DNA from: Bacilli bacterium
Lineage (GTDB): Bacteria > Bacillota_I > Bacilli_A > RF39 > UBA660
Assembly (NCBI GenBank): GCA_017536505.1
Contig: JAFXHG010000027.1
Location: 1,409-65,408, forward strand
DNA: 64,000 nt
Direction: 5' to 3'
Shown: positions 25,291 through 35,283 of the stretch, piece by piece
Layout: each line of letters opens with the position of its first letter
Position numbering within the stretch: position 1 is the stretch's first letter
Notes under the pieces: model-generated
The model's input: the letters and a program-made list of their open reading frames with translations, nothing else
Database searches by the model: none
What the model was told of the DNA's origin: nothing
Translations under genes and position numbers: made by a program

Positions 25291-26230
25291 TTTAGTATTA
25301 AATTTAGTTATACCTTGTTATAACGAAGAAGAAGCACTACCACTAACAAAAAAAGAACTTGATAAAAAAATGAGTAGTTTAATGGAAGAAGGTTTAATTA
25401 GTAAAAACAGTAAAGTGGTTTTAGTTAATGACGGTTCTAAGGATAAAACGTGGGAAATTATAACTAAGGTACATAAAGAAAATGATATGTACGTAGGAAT
25501 TAATTTAACTAGAAACAGAGGTCATCAAAATGCCTTGCTTGCAGGTTTAATGTATGCAAAAAATCACGCAGATATCTGTATTAGTATGGATGCTGATTTA
25601 CAAGATGATATTAATGTAATGGATGATATGATAAAAAAGTATAATGCCGGTGCTGATGTTGTTTATGGTGTTCGAAGTTCAAGAAAAAAAGATACATTCT
25701 TTAAAAAGTTTACTGCAGAATTTTTTTATAAATTAATGAATGTTATGGGTGTAGAAGTTGTATTTAATCATGCAGACTGTCGTTTAATGAGTAAAAGAGC
25801 TTTAGAAGGCTTAAGTGAGTTTAAAGAAGTTAATTTATTCTTAAGAGGTATAGTTCCTCAAATTGGATATAAAACTGATATTGCTTATTATGAAAGAAAC
25901 GAAAGAGTAGCGGGAGATTCTAAATATCCATTAAAGAAAATGTTAGCGTTTGCTATTGATGGAATAACTTCATTTAGTATAAAACCTTTAAGAATAATTA
26001 CTTCAATTGGATTTATTATTTTACTACTTAGTTTTGTAGTTTTGGTTTATTCTGTTATTATGAAATTAATTGGTAATACTGTATCTGGTTGGTCGTTTAT
26101 TGTTTGTTCAATTTGGTTAATAGGTGGTATTCAAACTCTATGTCTTGGTGTGATAGGAGAATATATTGGTAAAATATATAAGGAAACTAAAGCGAGACCT
26201 AGATATATCATTGAGTGTGTACTTGATTAA
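25277..26230 (+). CDS. GT2 polyprenyl-phosphate glycosyltransferase (GtrB / CsbB-like)
   Basis: VIPCYNEEEAL, VNDGSKDKT and DADLQDD motifs, plus two C-terminal TM helices. Confidence 0.85.
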   Translation: MKKNNLVLNLVIPCYNEEEALPLTKKELDKKMSSLMEEGLISKNSKVVLVNDGSKDKTWEIITKVHKENDMYVGINLTRNRGHQNALLAGLMYAKNHADICISMDADLQDDINVMDDMIKKYNAGADVVYGVRSSRKKDTFFKKFTAEFFYKLMNVMGVEVVFNHADCRLMSKRALEGLSEFKEVNLFLRGIVPQIGYKTDIAYYERNERVAGDSKYPLKKMLAFAIDGITSFSIKPLRIITSIGFIILLLSFVVLVYSVIMKLIGNTVSGWSFIVCSIWLIGGIQTLCLGVIGEYIGKIYKETKARPRYIIECVLD

Positions 26231-26251
26231 TGAGTATATAGGTTTAATTCA

Positions 26252-26290
26252 AAAACAAATCCCTAATAATACCTATTAGGGATTTGTTTT
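26252..26290. terminator. bidirectional terminator
   Basis: AAAACAAATCCCTAATA-ATACC-TATTAGGGATTTGTTTT, a perfect 17-bp stem. Confidence 0.75.
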
Positions 26291-26687
26291 ACTCATTATT
26301 CAGCAGAGAATAACAATAATCATATACTAACAAATGATTATTTATTTCATCGTTAATAACTTTATCTTTAAAATCATTTTCATATATATTAAATATCATT
26401 TCAATAGAGAAATGTTTTTTTTCTTTTTCAGTAAGTTCTAAATACTTGACTAAAAAGAATAATAAATGTTTATATTTACTAAAATTAGTTATTACTTTAG
26501 TATAATTTGGATCTAATATACTTAAAACTTGTTTTAATAAAATAATCATATCTCTTACATTAAAATCTACATTGAAATTTTTATTTTCTAACAAATAAAT
26601 TGCTAATCTAATTTTATCAATATCACTTAAATTATCATATTTTTGAATTAAGTCTATAACTTTTTGTGAATTTTTATCTAATAACAT
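26289..26687 (-). CDS. hypothetical protein (132 aa), last gene before the right element end
   Basis: ORF only. No recognisable family. Confidence 0.35.
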   Translation of the reverse strand: MLLDKNSQKVIDLIQKYDNLSDIDKIRLAIYLLENKNFNVDFNVRDMIILLKQVLSILDPNYTKVITNFSKYKHLLFFLVKYLELTEKEKKHFSIEMIFNIYENDFKDKVINDEINNHLLVYDYCYSLLNNE

Positions 26688-26738
26688 AATATACCTCTTT
26701 TCCTTTATTTATAAGGGTTATAAGCTGCTTGTAAGTAA

Positions 26739-27179
26739 TTATTTGTGTGTATACAGTATTCGTAGAACCCTTTGTCTCATACCTCCTGATAAATTATCAG
26801 GATAACTATATATAAAATCTTTAAGACCATATGTATTTAATAAATTAATTACATGTTCTTTAGTTTCTTTATTTAGATTTTTGTTTATTTCAAGTCCAAG
26901 TAAGCAATTATCTAATATATTTCTCCATTCAAATAGTGAATCTTGTTGGAGCATATATCCAATTTTAGAACCTTTTTTTAATTTTATATCTCCACCAGAT
27001 TTTTCTTCTAATCCACAAAGAACAGAAAGAATAGTACTTTTACCACATCCACTAGGTCCAACAATAGCTACAAAATCACCTTCTTTTAAATTGAAAGTAA
27101 AATCCTCTACTGCTAAAGTTTCACCTTCTTTGGTATGATAAATTTTTTTTAAGTTTTTAATTTCTAAGACATTATCCAT
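26739..27179 (-). pseudogene. ABC transporter ATPase, N-terminal fragment (Walker A, Q-loop, signature), runs into element DNA and stops
   Basis: MDNVLEIKNLKKIY...GPSGCGKST...LSGGMRQRV, then the element-derived tail LRILYTHK and a stop. Confidence 0.9.
26745..26766. repeat. right terminal inverted repeat / att half-site
   Basis: GTGTGTATACAGTATTCGTAGA, the inverted partner of 13935-13956. Confidence 0.85.
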
Positions 27180-27318
27180 GAGAATGCCTCCCAACTATTT
27201 TATAGTATGAAAAATAGGGGATTTTGTTAATGATAAAGGTTGAACTTTTTTCATAAAAAAATATTATAAAAATAATATTGATGTGATATAATAAATATAG
27301 AATAAAGGAGTGATTGAA

Positions 27319-28008
27319 GTGAAAAAAATAATTTATTTAAGTTTAATACTGTTATTTATGTTTATTTATATACCTCAAATAAATGCGATGCCAATATATA
27401 TAAAAACATTAACTGGAACTAATATAACTTTAGAAGTTGAATCAAGTGATACAATAGAAGCTGTTAAATATAAAATACAAGAAAAGGAAGGTATACCAGT
27501 AAATCAACAAAGGTTAATTTTTGCAGGCAAAGAAATGGAAGAAGGAAGGTCTTTAGCTGATTATGGGGTTCAAAAAGAAAGTACAGTCCATTTGCTTTTA
27601 AGGTTAACTCAAAATTCTTTTAAAGTAGTATTTGATGCCAATGGTGGAATATTTAAAGAAAACAAAAACATTTATACTATTGAAGAATGGAAAAATGAAT
27701 ACGAAGGAACACTTGAAAAACCAACAAGAGAAGGATATACATTTAAAGGTTTTTATACTGAGAAGAGTGGTGGAACAAAATTTGAACTAATTTTAGCTGA
27801 ATCAGGTATAGATAGTGATATGACTTTCTATGCACAATGGGAAGAAAATCCAACTACTCAAAAACCAGAAGAAAATTCATCAATCCAAAATAAAGTAGAA
27901 AATCCTAATACATTAGATAATATTGAAAAAACAGTAGTAACTTTAATGCTTTCATTTATGATGTTACTAAGCTCTATTATATATTTTAAAAATAAAATAA
28001 GAAACTAA
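27319..28008 (+). CDS. secreted, membrane-anchored ubiquitin-domain protein (signal peptide, ubiquitin-like domain, Flg_new/Listeria-Bacteroides repeat, C-terminal anchor)
   Basis: GTG 27319 lies 8 nt after AAGGAG. Signal peptide [22 protein letters not shown]|M. Residues [73 protein letters not shown] align without gaps to ubiquitin 1-73. FDANGG...[11 protein letters not shown]...FYAQW is the Flg_new repeat. Confidence 0.85.
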   Translation: MKKIIYLSLILLFMFIYIPQINAMPIYIKTLTGTNITLEVESSDTIEAVKYKIQEKEGIPVNQQRLIFAGKEMEEGRSLADYGVQKESTVHLLLRLTQNSFKVVFDANGGIFKENKNIYTIEEWKNEYEGTLEKPTREGYTFKGFYTEKSGGTKFELILAESGIDSDMTFYAQWEENPTTQKPEENSSIQNKVENPNTLDNIEKTVVTLMLSFMMLLSSIIYFKNKIRN

Positions 28009-28011
28009 TAT

Positions 28012-28045
28012 AAATACCCAATAAGAATATTTCTATTGGGTATTT
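28012..28045 (+). terminator. intrinsic terminator after the ubiquitin-like gene
   Basis: AAATACCCAATA-N10-TATTGGGTATTT, a perfect 12-bp stem. Confidence 0.6.
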
Positions 28046-28113
28046 ATATTTTAAAACAATATTGATAAAAAAATATATTTTTATTATAATGTAGATAGTA
28101 AGTAGGTGATAAA

Positions 28114-28623
28114 ATGAATACATTATATTTAATAACTGGTCCAGCAGGTGTTGGCAAAAGTACTATATCAAAAGAGCTGGCACGCAGAAAAGAAAAATCA
28201 GTTTTAATTGAGGGAGATGATATTTATCATCAAGTAATAGGTGGATATATATCTGCTTGGAAAGAAGGAAATCATCTTAATATTTTTTGGAAAGTGTGTA
28301 TTGAAACAATAAAAATATATTTAAATGCTGGTTATGACGTTATATTTAATTACATAATTGACGAGAATGGTTTAGATAATTTAAAAACAGAATTTAGTAA
28401 TTATCATATTAAATTTGTTTGTTTATTAACTAGTGAAACAGATTTAATAAAAAGAGATAAGGAAAGAACTATAGATTGTCAAATGGGTGATAGATGTTTA
28501 GTTTTATTGAATGCTTTTAAAAATAAAAAATTTAATAGTAATAATTTTTTAAATACACATGATTTAAGTGTATTAGAAGTAGTAGAAGAAATAGAAAAAG
28601 AAGAAAAATACATTTTAAAATAA
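28114..28623 (+). CDS. P-loop kinase-like protein (AAA_33 / small-molecule kinase family)
   Basis: Walker A GPAGVGKST at the N-terminus. 169 aa. Confidence 0.45.
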   Translation: MNTLYLITGPAGVGKSTISKELARRKEKSVLIEGDDIYHQVIGGYISAWKEGNHLNIFWKVCIETIKIYLNAGYDVIFNYIIDENGLDNLKTEFSNYHIKFVCLLTSETDLIKRDKERTIDCQMGDRCLVLLNAFKNKKFNSNNFLNTHDLSVLEVVEEIEKEEKYILK

Positions 28624-28649
28624 TTAAAGAGTAGTAGGAGTGTAGTTGT

Positions 28650-29459
28650 ATGAATTTATTTGAAAAATTTCTTTATATGTTACAAGCAGAAATGGAAACA
28701 CCTAAAACACTAGGTTGGTTTCATATTTTTTGGATATTATTTGTTGTAGTATCTATAATAGGTTTATTTATAATAAGAAAAAGACATAGTGAAAAACAAT
28801 TAAAATTAATATTAGGAATATATGGTGTAATAGCATTCATATTAGAACTTTTAAAACAACTGATATGGGCATTTAATTATGATTCTATAACTAATATAGT
28901 TACTTGGGATTATGAATGGTATTCTGCACCTTTTCAATTATGCACAACACCAATATTCATATCAATAATATGTTTATTTTTAAAAAATAATAAACTTAGA
29001 AAGTCCTTGTTATCATATATGTCTTTTATTACAATATTAGGCAGTTTAGTAACTTTGATATTACCTGATAGTTGTTTTACAAGTGATATACTTATAAATA
29101 TTCATACAATGTGGCTACACTGTGGTAGTTTAGTAGTTTCTATTTATTTATTAATGAGTAAAGAAGTAGAAATAAATAAAAAGAATTTTATAAATTCATT
29201 TATAGTATTTCTAGTATTTGTAGTACTTGCTGAAGTTTTAAATGTAGTAATTTATAATTCAGGTATTTTAAATGGAGAAACATTTAACATGTTTTATATA
29301 AGTCCTTACTTTACAACTCATCTTCCAGTATTTAATATAATACAAGAAAATGTACCATTTATTATTTATTTACTTAGTTATATTTTGATTATATTAATTG
29401 GAGGTTTAATAGTTTATTTTGTATCCTATGCATTTAGTTTAATAAAAGAAAAGGAGTAA
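28650..29459 (+). CDS. polytopic membrane protein (possibly YwaF/TIGR02206-like)
   Basis: About 7 hydrophobic segments. The family call is a weak impression. Confidence 0.3.
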   Translation: MNLFEKFLYMLQAEMETPKTLGWFHIFWILFVVVSIIGLFIIRKRHSEKQLKLILGIYGVIAFILELLKQLIWAFNYDSITNIVTWDYEWYSAPFQLCTTPIFISIICLFLKNNKLRKSLLSYMSFITILGSLVTLILPDSCFTSDILINIHTMWLHCGSLVVSIYLLMSKEVEINKKNFINSFIVFLVFVVLAEVLNVVIYNSGILNGETFNMFYISPYFTTHLPVFNIIQENVPFIIYLLSYILIILIGGLIVYFVSYAFSLIKEKE

Positions 29460-29460
29460 T

Positions 29461-29622
29461 ATGAAAAAGAGTTTGTTGCCTATAATAGGAATTATTATGT
29501 ATATTATTTTATCAATAGTAGATAAAATAATAATAAAAGTACCAGATTATATTTATATAACTGTAGGTATAAGTTCGATAATAATTATTATAATTGGTAT
29601 AGTGAAAGATAGAAAGAAATAA
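29461..29622 (+). CDS. small membrane protein (53 aa), absent from the ORF track
   Basis: The ATG directly follows the upstream stop (GGAGTAATATG). Two hydrophobic segments. Followed by the hairpin AAGAAATAAG-N7-CTTATTTCTT. Confidence 0.4.
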   Translation: MKKSLLPIIGIIMYIILSIVDKIIIKVPDYIYITVGISSIIIIIIGIVKDRKK

Positions 29623-29661
29623 GAGTAAGTCTTATTTCTTTTATATCTCATAAAATTTAAT

Positions 29662-30045
29662 ATGGATTATGATGCTCTTGAAGATAAATTAAAACAATTA
29701 AAAATAGAAGATTTTATATGGCTTATATATATTTTTATAATATTTTTGAGCTGGTATTCTAATAATTTAGAAAGAAAATACTATATATATAATGATTTAG
29801 AAAGTAAAGATAAATATAGAAAGATAATCATATTTATATTTTCTATTTTAATTATTGTTTATCTTTACTTTTTGAAAGATTCATATGATGATTTACAAAA
29901 TTTAAATAAATGTGATACAAATAAAAAGAAAAACTTAATATTTCTTTCTTTTGTAGCATCTTTACTAATTGTTATAAGTGGTTTTATATTTCTTTATATA
30001 GCAGTTAAAGATGAAGATTTAAATGTGGAATTAGCATTTAGTTAA
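29662..30045 (+). CDS. membrane protein, hypothetical
   Basis: ORF with 3 hydrophobic segments. Confidence 0.35.
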   Translation: MDYDALEDKLKQLKIEDFIWLIYIFIIFLSWYSNNLERKYYIYNDLESKDKYRKIIIFIFSILIIVYLYFLKDSYDDLQNLNKCDTNKKKNLIFLSFVASLLIVISGFIFLYIAVKDEDLNVELAFS

Positions 30046-30154
30046 TAATTAAATTATAAAGAATCAAAATTTAGTTTTGATTTTTTGTTTGTATATAATT
30101 TTCAAAATATATTATTTAAAATAAAATATAGTATAAAAAGAAAGAGGTGATGAA

Positions 30155-31036
30155 ATGGAAAAGGCAGTATTAATGTTAGATAATTTAAATGTAAGTCAAA
30201 AGGCTAATAGCGATTTCACTCATAAAGGAGATAAAGCCTTAGATTTGTCAGGAAAAGATACAGGTATAGAATCCTTAAAAGCACCATTTACAGGTATAAT
30301 AAAAAGAATATATACGAATACAAATTCAGTATGGTTAGAAAGTATAGATAAAGTAAAGTATGCTGATGGAACTATTGACTATATGACAGTTATGACAATG
30401 CATGATAATGATGTTTCAAATTTAAAAGTAGGAGATATTATAAAACAAGGAACTGTTTATTATGAGGAAGGGAGAAAAGGTTACACAACTGGAAACCATA
30501 TACATTTAGCAGTTGGAAAAGGCAAATTTACTGGTAATAGATGGTATTTAAATGATGATGGATCCTGGGTTATAAACAATCAATATGATGTATATAAAGC
30601 ATTATATTTATTTGATAGTGTTAATGTATTAAATAGTGGTGGTTATAATTGGATAAAAACAGATACATTAGTTGAAGATGAAGTTATAGATAATCAAAAT
30701 ACATATGAAGTAAAAAAAGGAGATAATTTAACAAATATAGCAAAAACTTATAATACTACAGTAACAGAATTAGTAAGATTAAATAATATAGCAAATAAAA
30801 ATTTAATATATGTAGGACAAATATTAAAGTTACCTACTTCAAATACTTATTTTAATAAATATAATGGAAATAGTGTATCTATAGTAGATGCTTTAAAAAG
30901 TATAAATGCAAATTACAGTTATGAATATAGAAGTAAAATTGCAAGTGCAAATAATATTAAAAATTATGCAGGTACAAGTGTTCAAAATAATCAATTATTA
31001 AATTTATTAAAAACAGGTAAATTAATTAAACCATAA
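30155..31036 (+). CDS. peptidoglycan hydrolase-like protein: M23/LytM-like N-terminal domain plus LysM domain
   Basis: The HKGD...GNHIHLAV pattern is HxH-type. [44 protein letters not shown] is LysM. Confidence 0.5.
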   Translation: MEKAVLMLDNLNVSQKANSDFTHKGDKALDLSGKDTGIESLKAPFTGIIKRIYTNTNSVWLESIDKVKYADGTIDYMTVMTMHDNDVSNLKVGDIIKQGTVYYEEGRKGYTTGNHIHLAVGKGKFTGNRWYLNDDGSWVINNQYDVYKALYLFDSVNVLNSGGYNWIKTDTLVEDEVIDNQNTYEVKKGDNLTNIAKTYNTTVTELVRLNNIANKNLIYVGQILKLPTSNTYFNKYNGNSVSIVDALKSINANYSYEYRSKIASANNIKNYAGTSVQNNQLLNLLKTGKLIKP

Positions 31037-31062
31037 ATAAAAAGATCTGATTTCAGATCTTT

Positions 31063-32157
31063 TTAACTTAATCTTTTTTCTATAATTTTTTTGTTTTCTA
31101 ATAATCTTTTTTCATTCTCTTTATCAGTATTCATGTTTATAGCTATATCAACATACTTTAATGATTCTTCTATATTATTTTCATAAAAATAAGCTATAGA
31201 AAGTAAATCATAAACAGTATGATCCCAACTGAATACTTCATTTATATAGGTTTTGGGGTGTTCTTTAATTTCAAGTGCTTTTAAACAATATTTTTTTACT
31301 TCTTTAAAATTATTTTCTCTATATTCTAAGAGTGCTCTTTCAACAAAAGGATCTCTTAAATGTGGAGCTTCTAACATTGCTTTATCAAGCCACATTCTAG
31401 CTTCATCAAATCTATTTAATCTTTGATAGCACCTAGCAATAAATCTCATAGATGCACATCTTTCATCTTTCCAGGCAGCAGTAGGTAATTTTAAATGTTT
31501 TATCAAGGTATCTATAGCTTCATTCCATTTGCCATAATACATATATTCTCTTCCTAAATAATGTACATTTCTATCATCTTCAGGTTTTTCTTTTACAGAA
31601 AGTTCAAGCAAAGGTAAATAAGAGCCTCTAGATTTAGTAGTATCAGGATAATGATTAACTGTTATTTCATTAGTATATTTTTTAATTTCTTGATTACTTC
31701 CTACATAAGTTAAAACTTCATGTACAGGATGAGTCCATTTATAACCTTTCCTACTATGTATTTTTTCTATATAAAAATTTACTTTAGGATTATCATTTTC
31801 ATCAAGTAACCAATTATAATTATAAGCAAGCCTAGTAGTATCTTTATCCCAGATGCTTTCTAATTTTTTTCTCCAACCTTTCATAAATACCTCATCAAGA
31901 TCAGTACAAACGCAAATATCAATATCATTTGGAACTAATTCTAAAGATTTATTTCTAGCTACATCAAATCTCCAAGGTATTATTTTTTCAATACTTACAT
32001 TAACCCCTAATTCTTTCAATTCTTGAACTGTATCATCTGTTGAACCAGTATCTAATACATAAATATCATCTGCCTCTTTCATGGAATTAACCCATCTTTC
32101 AACAAATTTTTCTTCATTTTTGCATATTGCATACACACAAACTTTGTATTTGCTCAT
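31063..32157 (-). CDS. GT2-like glycosyltransferase with C-terminal TPR repeats
   Basis: VYAICKNEEKFVERWVNSMKEADDIYVLDTGSTDDT is a GT-A N-terminus. TPR-like helices follow (GKWNEAI..., RCYQRLNRFDEARMW...). Confidence 0.6.
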   Translation of the reverse strand: MSKYKVCVYAICKNEEKFVERWVNSMKEADDIYVLDTGSTDDTVQELKELGVNVSIEKIIPWRFDVARNKSLELVPNDIDICVCTDLDEVFMKGWRKKLESIWDKDTTRLAYNYNWLLDENDNPKVNFYIEKIHSRKGYKWTHPVHEVLTYVGSNQEIKKYTNEITVNHYPDTTKSRGSYLPLLELSVKEKPEDDRNVHYLGREYMYYGKWNEAIDTLIKHLKLPTAAWKDERCASMRFIARCYQRLNRFDEARMWLDKAMLEAPHLRDPFVERALLEYRENNFKEVKKYCLKALEIKEHPKTYINEVFSWDHTVYDLLSIAYFYENNIEESLKYVDIAINMNTDKENEKRLLENKKIIEKRLS

Positions 32158-32201
32158 AAAATCTCCTTTTAATATTAATAAAATATATAAAATAATATAT
32201 T

Positions 32202-32238
32202 AAAATGAGCTGAACCATTTTAAAGAACAGCTCATTTT
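32202..32238 (-). terminator. terminator between the collagen-like gene and the glycosyltransferase gene
   Basis: AAAATGAGCTG-N15-CAGCTCATTTT, a perfect 11-bp stem. Confidence 0.6.
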
Positions 32239-32277
32239 AAATATAAATTATATTGTAATATATTAGGTTTCTAAGTA

Positions 32278-32898
<621 letters not shown>

Positions 32899-33054
32899 AA
32901 ATTTCTCCTTTCTAATTTATTATATGAACTGGTTATTTCAGCAACAATAATTAAAGCCCTTTAAAAAATTAAAATAAAATTATATAAGAATAATATATAT
33001 AAATATATTTTTGTGCTATAATTAGAGTGTAGTAGTAAGAAAGTAGTGGAGTAA

Positions 33055-35277
33055 ATGAAATGTAGTAAGAAGTATTATAAGGATTTAGATTTAATTAGAG
33101 TAGTATTATGTATAGGGATTTTGTTATATCATTTAAATATACTTAAAGGTGGATATTTAGCTGTATGTTCTTTCTTTGTATTAAGTGGATATTTATCTTG
33201 TAAATCTTTATTTAGAAAAGAAAAAATATCTTTAAAAGATTATTATTTGAATAGAATTTTAAAAATATATTTACCACTTTTGTTAGTTGTATTTATATCT
33301 ATATCAGTTATATCATTTATACCTAGTATTAATTGGTTTAATTTAAAACCAGAAACGACTTCAGTTTTATTTGGATATAATAATTTTTGGCAATTAAGTG
33401 CTAATTTAGATTATTTTGCTAGACATGTTAATTCTCCTTTTATACATCTTTGGTATATCGCAATCTTATTACAATTTGATTTAATATTTCCTTTTATATT
33501 TATAGGATTAAAAAAATTAGGAGAAAAAATAAATAAACATGTACCTGTATTAGTTATTTCAATCTTAACTATATTATTTACTTTGATATTTTATAAATTT
33601 AGTTTAGAAGATAATATAATGGTTACATATTATAGTTCTTATACTAGAGTTTTTTCACTGTTATTTGGGGTGACTTTAGGATTTCTTCATAATTATTATG
33701 GAAAACTTATTCCTAAGTTTATTAAAAATGATAAATTAAATAAGTTAATATTTTATTTGTATTTATTAATTACTATAGTTTTATTTATATTTATAGATTC
33801 TAAGTCAATATTATTTCCATATGCGATGATAGTAGTTACTGTTATTTCTTGTAGATTAATAGATTATGGAATATTAGATAATAAAAAGAAATTATCATTT
33901 TTTGACAAATGTATTAAAAGATTATCGAATATAAGTTATGAAATATATCTAGTACAGTATCCATTAATATTTTTATTGCAAAATACTAATATAAATTGGT
34001 ATTTAAAGATAATTATTATAATATTAAGTACAATTTTATTATCTTTGGTATTAAATTTTTCAATAAAACTAAAAGAAAATAAATTTAAAGTATTAAGATA
34101 TATATTGAGTTCAATTATATTAATAATTTCTTTATATGGTTGTTTTAGATATATAATTACAGAAGATCATACGAAAGAAATGAAACAATTAGAACAACAA
34201 TTAGCGCAAAATCAAGAAATGATACAAAATAAACAAGAAGAATATAAAAAACAATTACAAGAGGAAGAAAATAATTATTTAGAATCTTTAACTAATTTAG
34301 AGAACATTGAAAAAGATTTAAAAGATGTAGTAACTAATATGACAGTTGTAGGAGTAGGAGATTCTGTAATGCTTGGAGCAGTAGAAAATCTTTATACTCA
34401 ATTTCCAAATGGATACTTTGATGCTCAAATATCTCGTACCGCTTGGGTTGCTCATGGGATCTTAAATGATTTAAAAAACAATAATATGTTAGGGGATCCA
34501 ATAGTTATAAACTTAGGTGCGAATGGAGATTGTTCATTAGATTGTAAGAAAGAAATTGTAGATCTTTGTGAGGATAGAGAAATATTTTGGTTGACTGTCA
34601 CTAATGATAGAGATGTAAATGTTAATGGTGAGTTAAAAGAACTTTCTAATATTTATAATAATGTACATATTATAGATTGGGATATAATTTCTAAGGGTCA
34701 TAATGAGTATTTTATTGCTGATGGAATACATTTAACACCTAAAGGAAGAGAAGTATATACTAAAACAATTTATGATTCAATTTATAATCATTATTTAGAA
34801 AAGTATACTAAGCAAAAAGAACAGTTAATTAATGAATATGAAGAAAAACAAAAAAATAAAATAACTTTTTTGGGTAATGATATATTATTAAATGTTTTTG
34901 AAAATATACAAAGTGATTATAAAGATGATAAATTTATAATTGATAAGAATTTTAATTATGAATTAATAAAATCTAAAATTTTAGAAGAAACTAATAATAA
35001 TATAGTGTTTGCTTTTGATAGCCTTTCATATTTAAATTCAAATGATTATATTAATTTGATAAATATGTGCGAAAATAAACATATATATATTTTAGTAATG
35101 GATAAACAAATATTGGAAGCTTTACAAGAATATAAAAATGAAAATGTAATAATTATAGATTTTTATAATGAAATAATTGAACATAGTGATTATTTAATGG
35201 CAGATAGGATTCATTTATCTGATGAAGGTAATAAAGCATTAAGCCAACTTTTAAAAGAAAGCATAAATAAAAAGTGA
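33055..35277 (+). CDS. OatA-like O-acetyltransferase: acyltransferase_3 membrane domain, coiled coil, SGNH domain, second degenerate SGNH-like domain
   Basis: About 10 TM segments at the N-terminus. VGVGDSVMLGA (block I), LGANGD and ADGIHLT (block V). A second unit has FLGNDILL and ADRIHLS. Confidence 0.75.
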   Translation: MKCSKKYYKDLDLIRVVLCIGILLYHLNILKGGYLAVCSFFVLSGYLSCKSLFRKEKISLKDYYLNRILKIYLPLLLVVFISISVISFIPSINWFNLKPETTSVLFGYNNFWQLSANLDYFARHVNSPFIHLWYIAILLQFDLIFPFIFIGLKKLGEKINKHVPVLVISILTILFTLIFYKFSLEDNIMVTYYSSYTRVFSLLFGVTLGFLHNYYGKLIPKFIKNDKLNKLIFYLYLLITIVLFIFIDSKSILFPYAMIVVTVISCRLIDYGILDNKKKLSFFDKCIKRLSNISYEIYLVQYPLIFLLQNTNINWYLKIIIIILSTILLSLVLNFSIKLKENKFKVLRYILSSIILIISLYGCFRYIITEDHTKEMKQLEQQLAQNQEMIQNKQEEYKKQLQEEENNYLESLTNLENIEKDLKDVVTNMTVVGVGDSVMLGAVENLYTQFPNGYFDAQISRTAWVAHGILNDLKNNNMLGDPIVINLGANGDCSLDCKKEIVDLCEDREIFWLTVTNDRDVNVNGELKELSNIYNNVHIIDWDIISKGHNEYFIADGIHLTPKGREVYTKTIYDSIYNHYLEKYTKQKEQLINEYEEKQKNKITFLGNDILLNVFENIQSDYKDDKFIIDKNFNYELIKSKILEETNNNIVFAFDSLSYLNSNDYINLINMCENKHIYILVMDKQILEALQEYKNENVIIIDFYNEIIEHSDYLMADRIHLSDEGNKALSQLLKESINKK

Positions 35278-35283
35278 TGAAAA

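Larger units (their letters stand above)
13935..26766. mobile_element. integrative mobilizable element (Tn4451-like backbone: large serine recombinase, MobV relaxase, RecA-like ATPase) carrying a gtr-type glycosylation cargo
   Basis: The boundaries come from the two halves of the interrupted ABC ATPase gene and from 22-bp imperfect terminal inverted repeats. The gene content is listed below. Confidence 0.85.
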
